Positions 50,189-63,700 of a stretch of 64,000 nt of DNA are shown one piece after another (positions within the stretch are counted from its first letter, which is position 1; the number at the start of each line of letters is the position of its first letter). Under the pieces are notes generated by a model that searched no databases, was not told where the DNA came from, and saw only the letters and a list, made by a program, of their open reading frames with translations. The stretch is from Balanoglossus misakiensis (Eukaryota; Animalia; Hemichordata). A program made the position numbers and the translations under genes. The stretch spans positions 3,454,831 to 3,518,830 of the forward strand of contig CM082578.2 of NCBI GenBank assembly GCA_040954595.2, written 5' to 3'.

Positions 50189-51932
50189 TCTTTACTGATA
50201 ACATTGATATCGGCAAAAACATTCGTGTTTTCTGCACTAGAGTCTAACGCCAGATGTATTGGTCTAAGCAGTGCTGCACAAACACAGAGGTTGGCTGCCA
50301 TTCCCGACAGTACCATCAAAGCACCTCGCCAACCATATTTGTTCAATATAGATTGCGCAGAGTGGCGGAATGGCAAAATATCCCAACCCGGTTCCAGCGA
50401 ATATAGTCCCGTTTGCTGTGTTGACACGTTTATTGAAATATTCACCGAGAGTTACAAAAGATACTACCTGATATATCCCATACGATGCACCTGACGATAA
50501 AAGTATAAATAAATGTTATTTGAGAATGGTGTGGCAGTTGCTCAAGGCCAACGGATGACAAGATTTCACATTCTCGTTGTTGTGTATTCAGCTGTACTAA
50601 TACTGGTGCACATGCAACATTCGTAGATGCAACAAAATGTGTAAAGATATAATAATGGTAAGTGAAGTACAATTCGTTGCTCATTGGACACGTTACTTTT
50701 GTGCGAAATGAGACAGCATTGGTTCAGTTTCTTGGTCATTCGCACACTGTATTGCCAAAATTAGTTAAATGATGCAAAAATCATTAATATTGAGTTTCCT
50801 AGATACGGTGACGAAAAAATTGTTAAATGTTGGGCCAATGCCTACAAGTTGCCCTATTTGCGTTTGTGAATTTCACCATGAAAACATTTTTATATACATA
50901 ATTACACAATAGACTGTGGCTATATTTTCCAGCCTGCAAAGAATTTGTTGATTGCTTTGATGCTGAATAATACTTATGGATATATTATGAAATTAGCTTG
51001 GAGTCCGGGTTGCCCGTGGCTCAGTTAGAGGAAAGTGTTACAAGTATGGAGTTCTCGATTACCTGTGACTCCAAGACTGAGACAAAGATTTATGGGACTT
51101 GTTGCAGACGCACTTGCGATAAAGGAAACGTAGGACAACACACCACCAACCATTGCGACACGTCAGTCGCTGTATCTCTTGCAAAGAAAGCCAGCAAAAG
51201 GAGCTGTATACAATCGAAAGACATAAATGACCATAATATCTGCCTGAAAAATTCTACACCTTATAATTACAGTACTCTGTCAGCGCGTCCACTTTATTTT
51301 GTTAAGATCTTTGTTTCATTTTACAGGATTGGGTTCGTCACACTGTTGGATGCTTTGAAATTATCATATTTTGCAAGTAAACCACACGATTTGTGCCAAT
51401 AATGTTTTAACAGAAGAAACCACGGGGATGTACTGATCAGATTTTGTCGTTCCATAACTTGGTAGCCATTTCTAATACCTATATTGGTGAGATATGTTTT
51501 TCCATGGAGTTCTGAGTCCACACATGAGCTTTCATATTTAAAAGTCTTATCAGATTGTTATGCAGCAAAACAGAGTTACATCTGAGGCTGGACACCATAA
51601 CATCAGATGCAATAGTACTGAACAGTTGTCTTGTAATAAATGAATGTTGCGAGAACAGTAAATAAACATATAAAAGTATGCGTACCTATCACATTAGTAG
51701 CTGCCGCGTGTGTAGATATGATCCACGAAGTTGTAGTGACAGTCGAATCGAAATTATGCAGAAAACTAACAAATAGTACCGCCATGGAACTACTTATACC
51801 ACGCATGATAATTAAAGACAGCAAGTTTGCAGCCATAACTACCCATGCCCAGCCAACATCCTGTGATTGTTCTAATCGCCGTGTCTTCGCTTCTCCGCCC
51901 GGGAGCCGTGTGATTTCACCGACAGACGCCAT
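49484..51932 (-). pseudogene. Monocarboxylate transporter (SLC16/MCT family, MFS) pseudogene
   Basis: Exons 51932-51686 (DVGWAWVV motif), 51203-51063 (premature TGA at 51165-51163), 50490 to ~49484 (GEYFNKRVNTANG, YGWRGAL, CAALLRP) with frameshifts near 50355 and 50190; phase-1 introns; C-terminal exons not found. Confidence 0.85.
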
Positions 51933-53559
51933 TTCTTTATGATGGGGTATTCAGATGTTGGTGGTCTAAGTTCCAATGTCCAGACTATTCTCCTTCAAGA
52001 GTTGACGTGAAGTGGGTGCTTCTCATTGGTTAATTCTTCGGCAACTCACGTTTCCAAATAGTGCACATCAGGTTCATAACAAAAAGTTTATAGTCAGGTT
52101 CACACAGGGAAAAAATAGAGACACTGTTTGCCTATGGTAAACACAGAGCATTAATCCTTTATGTCGCGTTGTGTCCACACACACAACGTTTATGTATAGG
52201 CGCTGAGGCTCGGCCCCATAGACAATGGGTTGCGGAGAGGTGTTAATCCATACACCGGCTCAGATCTGGCTGGCAAAGCCGTATCGAATCTAAGCCGTTT
52301 CAGAACCACTATGCACTGTCTGCACGTGTTTTTAAGCTGGTATCTGATCTGAGACGCTTCAGAACCGTCTTAATGGTGAATGTGTGTGACCCCCATAGAA
52401 CTCAGCAATTAGCCATGTAAGCATTGTATCAATGCCTTCCTTGAAACGAACTGGGCCACTGAAGGATTATTCAGTCAGAGTTATCAGTAATAGTTAACAG
52501 GTAATGAATATGTCACTATCGCCGAATTGTTCTTTAACGGGTAGTTAAAATGGGGGCGTTGCAGTTGCATTATCGAACGTAAACAGTATTGACGACTGAC
52601 CGTGTGATCGGCTTCAAGCAATCAGTTGTGCTGTCATGCAAGTAGTCATAAATATCCACGCAGTGTCAACCAAAGGTCACTTATACAAGGTCGACAAGAT
52701 CACACGATAACATTCAAACCAACAACAATTTGCTTAGCGCTATGTACTGTAACCAATATTGGTAACTTTTGTATTAAAATAATAAATAATAGAGTCAAAA
52801 ATAGTCGTACTTTAAAATTTCGATCAAAACAATAACACCGCTAGTTCCGATCATTGGGTCCTATGGTAATGTATTGGAGATCATTTACTTCCAAGTGCCA
52901 GGTCATCCTTTCAGCAAATTAGTAATTGAATAAGTTATTTCAAATTGGCCATATTTACGACATTTAATTTAATGCGGCTTGTGTGAGAAATACAATCCAA
53001 TGTCCTTTGGAGTGTGATATTCTATTCATCCACGGCTATAGAAGTTGGCTGCTTTGGTAGCTAACCTCCATTCCTTTGTTGGCCGAAAGCTACCTTTTGA
53101 TCAGTTTGCCTTACTCACGCACCTAAACAGCAAAAAGTATGGCTATGAATTTTGTTCAATTCAATGCAAGCTGCAGCTGTCCAAAATATCTGCAAAGATT
53201 GGAAACAGTATTTACAAGGGCGGATCGAAGGGGTCATGTACATAAAAATCCTTTCATAAAAGAAAATCCTTTGGGGATGAATGACAGCTAGGCCTCAAAT
53301 TGTTGTTAAAATGGCATGTTGTGCAGTTAAATGCTGCAGAACAGAACTGATGTGACTGTTATCGAGAGACCAAATTTTCTCATGAAATTAAAACTCATAT
53401 TATAACATATGTAGTACAAGCATTGATTATATGCATTGTGCAAAGCTAGTTGTTACCAAATTTCTTCTCATACTTTGGTTCTCATCATCATGCACTTTCA
53501 GCTCACACCTTTTATCAACATTTGTTGATTTGACTGATAATTGCCTGAAAAAATCAACC

Positions 53560-53990
53560 TACCTATATATTACCAGCTTACCAAGGTCAATTAATGAGCA
53601 TTTGAAATATTGGAAAGCTTCTGAACTGCGAGCATGGCTATTTTTCTATTCTCTGCCCATACTTGTTGACATAAGGTCTGAATTTTCCTTGTAACATAAC
53701 TTACTATTCCGAAGCAGCTGGTCTGGCTTCTTTCTCAAAATTCTGTTTCTGAAGATGATTTGAACCAAAGTCAACGGTTAAGTACTTTGATTAAATGCTT
53801 AAGCCCTTGTATGGCAGCAGATAGTTGACCCTCAATGTACACTCCCAGCTGCATTTACCAAAGTGTGTTAAAGACCGAGAGCCATTATGGGCACATTCCT
53901 GTGTTCCCTTTTGAAGACGCAAATAGAGAACTCTTAAAACTATTTCACTGTACACAAGCCATGGATATTCAAATCAAATGTTCTGTCAGC
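53560..53990 (+). mobile_element. Fossil EnSpm/CACTA-type transposase fragment
   Basis: LPRSINEHLKYWKASELRAWLFFYSLPIL and, across frameshifts, LTLNVH...LHL...PLWAHSC.PFEDAN. Confidence 0.7.
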
Positions 53991-54029
53991 AGTATTCATA
54001 TGTTGCCATGCCAATACGTGCTGAATCAC

Positions 54030-54262
54030 ATGCTAGTGTTTTGGAGAAGGCAGTTGCAGCTGAGCTTCATCGGCATCTGAAAGCAAACAGCTTGTATACA
54101 AAGATGCAGTCTGCATATCGTAAACATCATAGTACGGAAAAGGCAATTGTTCGCGTTTATAAAATTCTTCGAGCCATGAATGGACAACAAGAAGTCATCC
54201 TTGTACTTTTAGACCTAATCTTCTGCATTTGAAACAATTGACCACCAAATTTTACTTGATTA
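54030..54262 (+). mobile_element. L2/CR1-type reverse transcriptase fragment
   Basis: VLEKAV...QSAYRKHHSTEKA...ILVLLDL(S)AFETIDHQILL. Confidence 0.8.
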
Positions 54263-54499
54263 GACCATGAGCCAGTATAGGTTTACCTCCCCACGGGAGA
54301 ATTTTTGAGACAATGTTTTTCTGAAAGCCCATCATATACTGAGTAAAATTCACTTTTTTGCCATCTGGGCACCGGGGCGTTTTCGAGTTATTGGCTTCTA
54401 AATTATATTGGGTAACGTATGCAGAAAACCCTAAAAGTGCATATAAATTGACGTGGGGGGCAAAATTACAATTTCAGAAAATGCTAGAGCCACCAGTTA

Positions 54500-54790
54500 T
54501 ACGGACTCTTGATTGTAGGATCTTCTAGTGTTGTGCCCTTGAGCAAGGCACTTTACTTCTCATTACTTCTCCCCACCCAGGAGGAATGGGTACCGGGTAG
54601 GACAGAGATTGCAATGTGTGTGTTTAGCTCTGCTGTGCTTATGGCTGCACATGTGTGCTGTTGTTTGCTCTCTGCGGAGTTAAATGGAATTAATTCAAGT
54701 CTAATGACTACGGGTAATAATTGTTATAAAGCGCCTTGAGCACAAAACATTGTGGGTATGTGCTCTGTATAAGAACTATTATTATTATAT
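54500..54790 (+). mobile_element. tRNA-derived SINE, 5-prime incomplete
   Basis: Matches 8744-9053; ends ATAAGAACTATTATTATTAT. Confidence 0.75.
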
Positions 54791-55399
54791 TTATTAACTT
54801 TTATTTTTTTTAATACTTTGACGAAATTTTGGCGTGGGGAGGTTCACCTATTTTTTTTACCACGGAACACACTCAAAACCAGCATCTCTCTTGTTTGAAA
54901 CATACCCTTTTATATATAAACGTACATCATCAAAGTCATTATAAAATCCTAACTGAAAACTAGTAAAACTGTAATTTTGCTTCAGCAAAATTGTGACGAT
55001 ATATATCTTTCCATAAACCGTCTTATCTGAATTAGTGTATCTTTCCCAATTAGCCTTGTCAACAAATCATTGCTCCGATTTTCAGATAACTTTAGACTAG
55101 TATTTCACAATAACAGAAGCGTTTTTCAGTTCATACGGTATAGCCATTGATCTGTGTACTCTGGAAGCCATTGTGATCATTTGGGATTCATTTGAGAGTC
55201 GTAAACTGCAAACAATTCCAAATTCGCCGGCTCGACTTGTTACCCAGGAAGAAAAGAAGTGACCATATCACTCGAATCGTTCGTGACATTCATTGGCTCT
55301 CTGTTGAGCATCTAATCGAATTCAAACTTCTTTGAATCAGTTTCAAAGTTCTACGCGGTCTTGCATCAGTACATGCAGTAATCTTACAGGATGCACGGT

Positions 55400-56837
55400 C
55401 GCATTCAAAAATGGTGATATAAATTAACATCAACCCATCAGTACGTCACACTGCCTTTTTATGGTGACAGGGCCTTTTCCGTCTGCCAGGTAAACCTATA
55501 TAGGTAGTGGAATGGCAAGTACTGTTACTACTTCTACATTTGATGATTTTGAAGAAGGGTTAATAAAACCTACCTTATAAAATCATCTTATACGTAATTG
55601 CCCGTTTGTTGACCTTTATTTAACCACACTTTTGATTTTTTTTTCTCTTTTCTTCACTGTTGTCACTTTTAGTTTTTACTTTATTGTAAAGCGCATTGAG
55701 ATAACTTATTATGTAAAGCGCTAAGAAATAAAATTATTAATAAAATAAAATATTAAATAGATAGTCAAGGTTGTAACACTATAGCAGTTCGGTAAAAGTT
55801 ACTATTATTAAGGCTTTTAAGGCGGCTTCGCTAATCAACAGAAGAAAATGGACACAGATCGTTGTAAAAAGCGTGTGATACATAAGAAAATGGACACAGA
55901 TCGTTGTAAAAAGCGTGTGATACATAACCTGACTGTAAAGGTCATTGCAGGAGTTGCCTGATCAGTGTGCAGTTCCAGGTTTGACACAATACATCACTAA
56001 CCAGTTTTACATGGGTTCAAATAATAGAAAACCATTATGATTGATTAAAGTTTTCTATATTGTGTAATGCTGTAATACCAAATAATCCAACATGACGTCA
56101 CCAGCTTTTACTGCTTAATGTATACTAAGGTGAGCATATCGAAGGGAATTTTAATTGAGAAACAATGTTTAACGCATGATTTTGAAAGTAATGCACTGCT
56201 TTTTAACCATGAATCAACGCGCAGTGGCCTGCCATTATTCGCAAATGTTTTGATGGAGAACAGTATATCGAGTTTGACATTTACATGTATCCCACGCGTA
56301 GATTACAAAGATAGTCATTTTGGAATATAGGTCATTGATAAATTAAAGCCTCAAGAGCTACCACTTTTTGCATTATCTTCAGGATTTTATTTTCCAACTT
56401 AAATTGGTCCATCTAAATAAGCTTACTGATAAGTATACATGACCGCCTTATCGATACCCGATTTTGGATGTATGCAGCGATTTGAAAACGCTTTGTATTA
56501 AAACTGTGTCTCACCAATTTGATCAGCCTCCATACAAACAGTACACTCAGCTATATATCGTGGTATATGTCGCGAAGAGATGAGAAACTGATGCAAATGT
56601 AAGTGATATGGTAAGGATTTTAGAGGATATATATCTGAAGTGTTTTACTGTTGAAAAATATTTGTGAAATTTTCTAGGCAGCTATAGGGGCTTGAAAACA
56701 TTTGCTCGAACCTCTCCATCACAGACTTCAACTACTCTAGTGTCACGAGAATACCGCATAGTTCCTGCAATTTCGGGACAGCAGACCACGTCAGTCAGTT
56801 CAGGTAAATGTCCATTCCATGGGCATGGATGCTGTGT
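55400..56837 (-). pseudogene. Relic exons of a Cys-containing extracellular-type protein
   Basis: 56837-56712 TQHPCPWNG...CCPEIAGTMRYSRDTRVVEVCDGE; 56006-55929 NWLVMYCVKPGTAH*SGNSCNDLYSQ (stop, broken acceptor); ~55495 VYLADGKGPVTIKRQCD..TDG. Confidence 0.4.
55842..55927. repeat. Perfect 42-bp tandem duplication
   Basis: AAGAAAATGGACACAGATCGTTGTAAAAAGCGTGTGATACAT x2. Confidence 0.9.
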
Positions 56838-58766
56838 CTGATTTAATTATTGAAGAAACGAACGATATAACAAAACATTTTTCGCACTTGACTGCATCGC
56901 ACATATACCCTTTCTCCCATCTTCATCGGTTCTGGTTATTTCATTATTATATGGATATGAACTTTGTGCAGCTATTTATATCAGAGAAATATTTCTCCCA
57001 TAACATAGCTGTATACTCCTTAACATTTCCAAATAATAATGGTCTGTAAATATACTTGCTCATCCCATTCTCAACACACATTCTACCGTGGGAAATCTTA
57101 ACCCAGCTAAGGAGTCTTGATATAATAGTGAACGCCGGTAGTCAAATGTAAGTTCAGCCAGCCACCAGTACGTAAAATTCTTCACGCTGATTTAGGATGG
57201 AATTTCTGGCGTTCTCACAACCCCTATCCAATACTAAATTAATGTTCTGACACATGCATAGATGTTTGTCATTTTTTGAACGTTTTGCAGGTGTCACCAA
57301 AGTTCGACCTCAATTCTTCCCTTTGTCTGTGTAGTCACCTAGGAATGATGGGAATCGTTTCATCTGATTGACGATGCTACGATTAGCACAGGGGCGTCCG
57401 GCTGTCCTAAGATATAACAATACCAATCACAGGTTATGGTTTACTGTTCAAATGTTTCAATTATTTTAGATGTCTATTTCGATACACATCATTGAAAGCA
57501 ACCGAATGCTTTTTGTGCCAAATTGTAGGGCGCAGATATGTTTTGTATACATGGTTCTTTATTGACTCAAGCTATGAAAAATGGAATAGTCTTATAGTGA
57601 GACAAGCTATGAGAACAAGTGAAGTGAGAATAGAGGCGCTCTGATGATGACTGTTATACAAGGCACTCAATGTATTCTTGTAAGATGCTTATAAATATAT
57701 ATATTGCTTGATCGGTGGGGAAGGGTACAATGCATTTGACAATTTTGCATTCCTCACATAGTGGGAGACGATCGACTTTTGGAATGTTGATATGGGAGGC
57801 TTTGTCGTATTTGGGTAAATTTTGCAGATACTTTTGTACCAATGTGCTGAATTCATATTTGCATATTTCTTCACCAACATATCTCGCAGAAGAAGTAAGT
57901 CAATATCTGAATAATGCAAATGTTAAAAGCGGGTGACATGTATTTCTGTAGCTACAAAGTTTGAGGTAAAGAAATGTGACCATTATTAAATTAAAACCAC
58001 TCTCTCAGTATCTACCCCGGAGCCCCTTACCGGTTGGTTAACCTCTGGGAACCGTGCATTGTAGCGTCATTGGTGTGGACAATGCACGTAAAGCAAGGCA
58101 TTAAATATGGATATCACATGTGCACTCAAGAAAAATGTATATTTGCATGACAATAAGCCGGAATTCCATTAGTTGGGTAAAATAGATGTTTTATACATAA
58201 TCCCCATTGGTTATGACAGGAACACTTTAATGATTAATTCCCCTGTATTCAATTTATTCGTTTACCGCACGTCACAATTCTATTCATTCCTTCCTTTTCA
58301 TTTTGTGACTGTAATAAATACATAAGTAGTAATTTCCCGCATTGCATGCTGTACTGGTGCATACTTAATTAAGTAGGGAAAACAAATCGCATACATGATT
58401 CATCGCTAGACACAAGTTTGCTATTTGCATGTCACTCCACATGTGGTTAAAGGTCTCCGGCCATAGCAATTCAGCCCTGCCAATTAATTCAGCCAATCTT
58501 TTGTAGATCATGGTGACCTGTGACCTGAGTTGCTGCGGTTTGAGTCCTTTTGGCATACAAATAGAATTTCGAAAATGAAGACCAAAATGACAGACACAAG
58601 TCTGGATTCTAGACTACCATGTCATAGACCCCTATGCAGTGTGCATTCAAGGTCTCGTTGTACTGTCATGATATAGGGCCTTCATTCTATCACCTGATCT
58701 TTACGCCATTGTGAGGTCACGGTGATCAAGTTTAATATTTCGTGATCGGCGCTGGTGTTAGGTTGA

Positions 58767-59102
58767 ATATTCCGAATAACAAATTTACCGAAACTTGCTC
58801 TGGCCGTTAGACGGTGGTCGACAGTGGCACCGTTCTCCCAAACCAGCAGAAACGCCGATACGACAGACGACGTCAAGTCGTTTGAGGACATTCCCCGTCC
58901 AAGGAAGAAACTCCTCTCGTACATCGATATCTTCCGCAAATACCCCAAGTGGCGCCGTGAGATCTTTGAATCCATGTGGCGGGAAAAATTCGGGATAGTC
59001 AATTGTGTTGTCGTTGCAGATCCCGTCACCGCTGCAGAAGCCGTCACTCGAGCTGTAGGCACATATCAGCGTCGTGTGCCTGCGTGTGCCAATATTATGT
59101 AG
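58767..59102 (+). pseudogene. N-terminal fragment of a mitochondrial-clan cytochrome P450
   Basis: ATA in place of start, Arg-rich presequence-like FRITNLPKLALAVRRWSTVA, then KSFEDIPRP and WREKFG...VVVADP...V.R..G.Y.RR; no downstream P450 exons seen. Confidence 0.55.
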
Positions 59103-59189
59103 ATAGTGATCTCTTTTAACTGACATGTGACAAAACTTGTACATAGTAGTAATTTGGTTATTTTGTTAATACCAATATACCACATTCAT

Positions 59190-59290
59190 TTGCTGCAGTT
59201 TTGCAGCCCCTGCGGCCGGCTCCCCTTGACGACTCCCCGCAAAAACAAAAATATTCCAGGGGAGCCGCAGGGGCTGCAAAACTGCAGCAA
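59190..59290. mobile_element. 101-bp palindromic MITE with 9-bp TSD
   Basis: CACATTCAT|TTGCTGCAGTTTTGCAGCCCCTGCGGC...GCCGCAGGGGCTGCAAAACTGCAGCAA|CACATTCAT. Confidence 0.9.
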
Positions 59291-59554
59291 CACATTCATA
59301 TGCTCCATACATCCACTGTCATAGGATAGGGTCTTTGATCTCCAAAATTTGTTAAATGCAAATCACACGCTTTTGCCAAGTAGCTTTAGAAACATTCTTA
59401 ATGGTCGCTAGCAATTGTTCAATCTGATTAAAATCAGATGTAGGGAACGGCGACGTGTTTTTTATGCTGTCGTCTCACACTACATCTGACCAACTGCTAC
59501 TGAAGCTCCCGTTGAAATCGCGCATTCAGACCTGGCCAATTCTGGCTGTCTTAA

Positions 59555-60287
59555 GGTGGCATTGCACGAAACCGTCAAGACTTTTTCAGAGGCCTATTTC
59601 TCATCAAAGACAACATTAAAACCCCTATAAACCATACATATTCTGGAAGCTGAGTTTTTGAACTTTTGTTTGAGTTGCACATTTTATTGAACCCCGGAAA
59701 TGGTTGCGTTTTGGGGTTAAAATCATTTTTTTGTATTATGTCATTCAATTGAAATTAGGTTAAAAAGTTGACCATGCATCATGCATCTTAATATGTCATT
59801 CGAAACTAGAGTACACGTTCAAAACAACGAAAATTTTGTTTTGCGTTATCTGCTTTAATTGAGGAGTAACAGCATTTGAAAGTTAGATTTTTTTTAGAAA
59901 ATTTGATCAAATTCACGATGAGTTGTATTGAATCAGAGTTTATTCCCGGCGCCAGGAACACTTTATCGACTAAAAAAAAAAACTTTGTTGGATGGGTCAT
60001 ACACAATCCCCTGTTAAAATTTCAGCAAATTCGGACAACGCAGAGCGAAGCTAAATTCTTCTGAAGTTGTCAAAAGCAGCGAAAATGCAAACTGAGAAAC
60101 GAGGCCATTTGCATTGTTGACACCTATTTGTTAAGCTGTGGATTCATTCATAAAAGTGCTATTTTGGGTGATTATGCACCATTTCCGCCAAGACGCTGTT
60201 GTCATAATGTGGATCAGTATTAGACCTTCCGATTTATGTAAAAAAGAAAAGTTTGGCAAAAATCACAACTTTTCATGCAATGCCACC
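59555..60287. mobile_element. TTAA-flanked element, inverted copy of 45276-46006
   Basis: TTAA|GGTGGCATTGCAC...TGCAATGCCACC|TTAA; full-length reverse-complement similarity. Confidence 0.9.
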
Positions 60288-60720
60288 TTAAATAGGTACG
60301 GACATTGGAGGCATCCATCTTGTTTATGATCACGTGGTCTGCCCAGGTTTCTTGGCATGATATCAGGCCGTACCTGACCCCTTTCCCTTTAGCGTAGCGT
60401 AGCCAGCGGGATTGGGGCAGGGGACCATACTAATACAAATGATGAACTGTCGCTGATCATTCATAAAATCTCCTAAGAAGTCGTCATGTTCGCCCTCGAA
60501 GTCATGCCGCCAGTCGGGAAAATGACGTGCTTCATGTAAAAGTTAATAAAAAACAATTTCCACTGCCATGCCATGTATCCCAAATCCATTAATGTGACAG
60601 GATTTTTAAAATGACGCTAACTTCGGCTAAGGAAGGTCAAGTCAGGGCAGTCGGTCGGTACGCGTTTCCGCAGAAATACAAACGATCGTGGCGACAGAAT
60701 ATCACCCTGGGACGGCCTTA

Positions 60721-63700
60721 GGCTGCATTCCCAAACACCTCGGGGGGGGGGGGGGGTTCGAAAAAATGTAGGTTATGTAAGGGGGGATTTGAAATAATTT
60801 ATGTACTGAAACGTGGGGACTTGAAAACTTTTCGGACTAAGGGACTGTCCAGAATTTACTTCCAGGGGGGGGGGGGGCTGGAGGATTTTCAGGGGGGGGG
60901 GCACCCATTTTCCCCAAGAAAAATTAGGGGGGGGGGGTCAGACATAAAAATCACAATCCCTTAGGGGGGGGGGCATGTAAAAAACCCTCACAAACTCAAA
61001 ATTTGCTCAGAAGTACTGATTTATAAGAAACAAACCACCATGGCTACCTGGATGACAGATGAACTCCACAAGTGCATTAAATCTTCATAAGCTTGAATTT
61101 CCGGTATTTTTTACGGTGGGTTATTTTGTATATCTACTACAGTTTCTTGTTCTACTCTGTGAAGCATAATAAAATGCCCAGTATTTGGCCTGCCAGCACA
61201 GACCATAAATGTACAGTGAACAGTCAGTGTTGTTACTGTTGACGAGCTCAATTCAAGTCCAGACTAGAATTCGTTAATTTTCTCATCAATCATTCATATA
61301 TGTATATAAAAAGTTAATTTGCTTTTGGGTTCATTAAAATGCAGCTTTGAGCTCTGTATTTTATAAAATTTTCTTACGTCGGAGGGGGACACCCCCTCCC
61401 AAACCACCCCCTTCACTTCTCGGTTTACAATATCTGCCAACACAGAATACAAATACTTAAAAATATAAACAATGTTCAGTAATAGAGAACCACCTCCCCC
61501 TCAGTGGTTTTTGGTTTCGAATCGCCGAGGGCCGCAGGCCCGAGGCGATTGGAAACCAAGAACCACTGAGGGGGAGGTGGTTCTCTAACTTAAACCACGA
61601 TCCCCCACAGACATTGTCACCATTGGAGCTTTGTATACCATAAAGACGTTGTTTTACACAACGATTCAATAAAAGGAACGAACAAAAGCTTATCAAAAGA
61701 GGCTTATTCTTCATTGCTGGCTGTGAAATTTGGTTGGCCACCCCTCTTTCTATAAATGAATGTCGTGGGCAGGTAGTTCTAGACCGCCCTGCTGGGCCTT
61801 ACAAGATCGCCCACGCTTGACAGGTGTTACTCTAAATGTTCATGCTTACGTGTCGGAGTGATATGCTAATTTCAAACTTCAATTTGCATCAAATTCAACT
61901 TTACAGGTGTGATACGTAGTGTATTATGGGAAGGGTTACAGCTATTGGGGTTTTGCGTGCACATGGTAAGCTTACGCGAAAATTTTCTAGGCCAAATGCA
62001 GTAGGCCTACATGTACAATGTAAGTGTCACGTTTTTAGTTTATTTTCCTTCAAATGTCCATGAAATCGATCTGAAGATACATGTAGTTCCGATCTATATC
62101 ATCTGCGAAAACAAGCGACTACATGTTGGTAAAGCAAAAACCGGGTCACAATGCTCTACATGGTACTACTGCCCGTCTGTGTATTGGCCTCCCTGGTTTT
62201 TGAACGAACCACTCTCTACGAGCCACAGCGGCAACGCGTCTGTATGGTAGCGATATTGGTGAGTAACTCATCTGCGAAAAGACTTGATACCGAAGTGAAG
62301 CCGTCCGACATTACAAACGCACATCTGGTGAACAGCAACAAAAAGTAAGCAGAATTTTGCAAGGTACGCGGGTTTTGTTAAACAGTAGGCCTAAAACAGC
62401 CAACCTTGTTACTTGTCGGTAGTGAAGCAAAATCGAAGTGAAGCATCGGGTTAGAGTAATACAAGCAAATCTGGGGATAATGTGATTTAGTATAATTTTC
62501 TAGAAATTTGTAGTGAATTTATTGCAACGTTAGTTTGTTTCTGGTGAATTGATTTTTGTCTATTTTATACTTTATCATGTTATGAAGACTCTCGAGAGCC
62601 ACCAAGGCATTAGCTTTGTACGTCAGTAGACAAAACTGTGAATGTGAAGCATTGAATGAAATGATCCGGAGACTGTCGCATATCCAGTTCGCTTTCAATT
62701 AACATAACAATTACTCTATTCAAATGAAATGTCCTTTGAATACAGGTATAGAAGTAAATGTAATTATGCAAATAAAGCTTTGTTTATTTGTATTTTTGTT
62801 ACGACAGGTGAGACTGAGTCCTGCGGCAGTTCTAGAACCCCCGGAGGTAGTTCTAGAACTACCTGGGACTTGGTTTTCAACCTGTGGTTTTGTGTGAGAC
62901 AGAGGTTCTCTCAGTGAATGACTTGTCTATTGAATAGTGTGACGTCACGATCGTGGTTTAAGTTTTAATATCCACGGATGAGGAAAAACATCAGTTTCAA
63001 ATTCTTTTCATGGGAGCGCTGTTTTTCTTTTTTTACAAGATAGATAGGTGATGTGTTTTGCTGTGTGAAAGAAAATGGGGGGTGGGATTTCAAAATTTTA
63101 AGCCGTTCGGAAGGGGGTATTTGAAAATATTTCGGGTTGTGCACGGGGGGCATGTGAAAATTAACGGTAAAAAAAATTAATTCTCCCGCCCCCCCCCCCC
63201 ACTCCAGAGGTGTTTGTAAATGCAGCCTTATCAGACTGTTTGTGTCGTAGTCTGTAAGCATGCCTGTATATATTGGGGGAAGGGGGGGTTCATGGAAAAA
63301 AAAACAGGAAATTTAAGGGGGCCCACAGATTTCCCCCACAATTTACAAGGAGGCCATGGAAAAAAATCACCAGGAAAATAAGAAATCCTCCAGCCCCACC
63401 CTGGAAGTAAATTCTGGACAGTCCCTAAATATTGATTTTGAGTCCACAAAAATGCAGTTTTAAACCCTTCATATTTTTTTTTTCTTTTGTGCGAGGGGGA
63501 CACCCCCTCCCACACCTAACCACGTCATTCTTCAACACCTTCCAATCATTGACTGGTTTATCTAGTGTCCCCGGTCAGGGGATTTACCCCCCCCCCCCCA
63601 TGCTAACTTTGAGCGGCGAAGGTTAAATTTGTCCTCCCCAACATACCAGTAGTTGAGTTAATTTGCTTTTGGGTTCATTAAAATGCAGCTTTGAGCTCTT

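Noticed and set aside
50084-50494. Poly-Met/Arg and poly-Leu/Ile ORFs
   Set aside because: Off-frame and antisense readings of the (GAT)n(GAG)n acidic loop of the SLC16 pseudogene
45276-60287. 15-kb composite transposon bounded by 730-bp inverted repeats
   Set aside because: Each repeat is a complete element with its own TIRs and TTAA flanks and the two are visibly diverged; independent insertions are simpler
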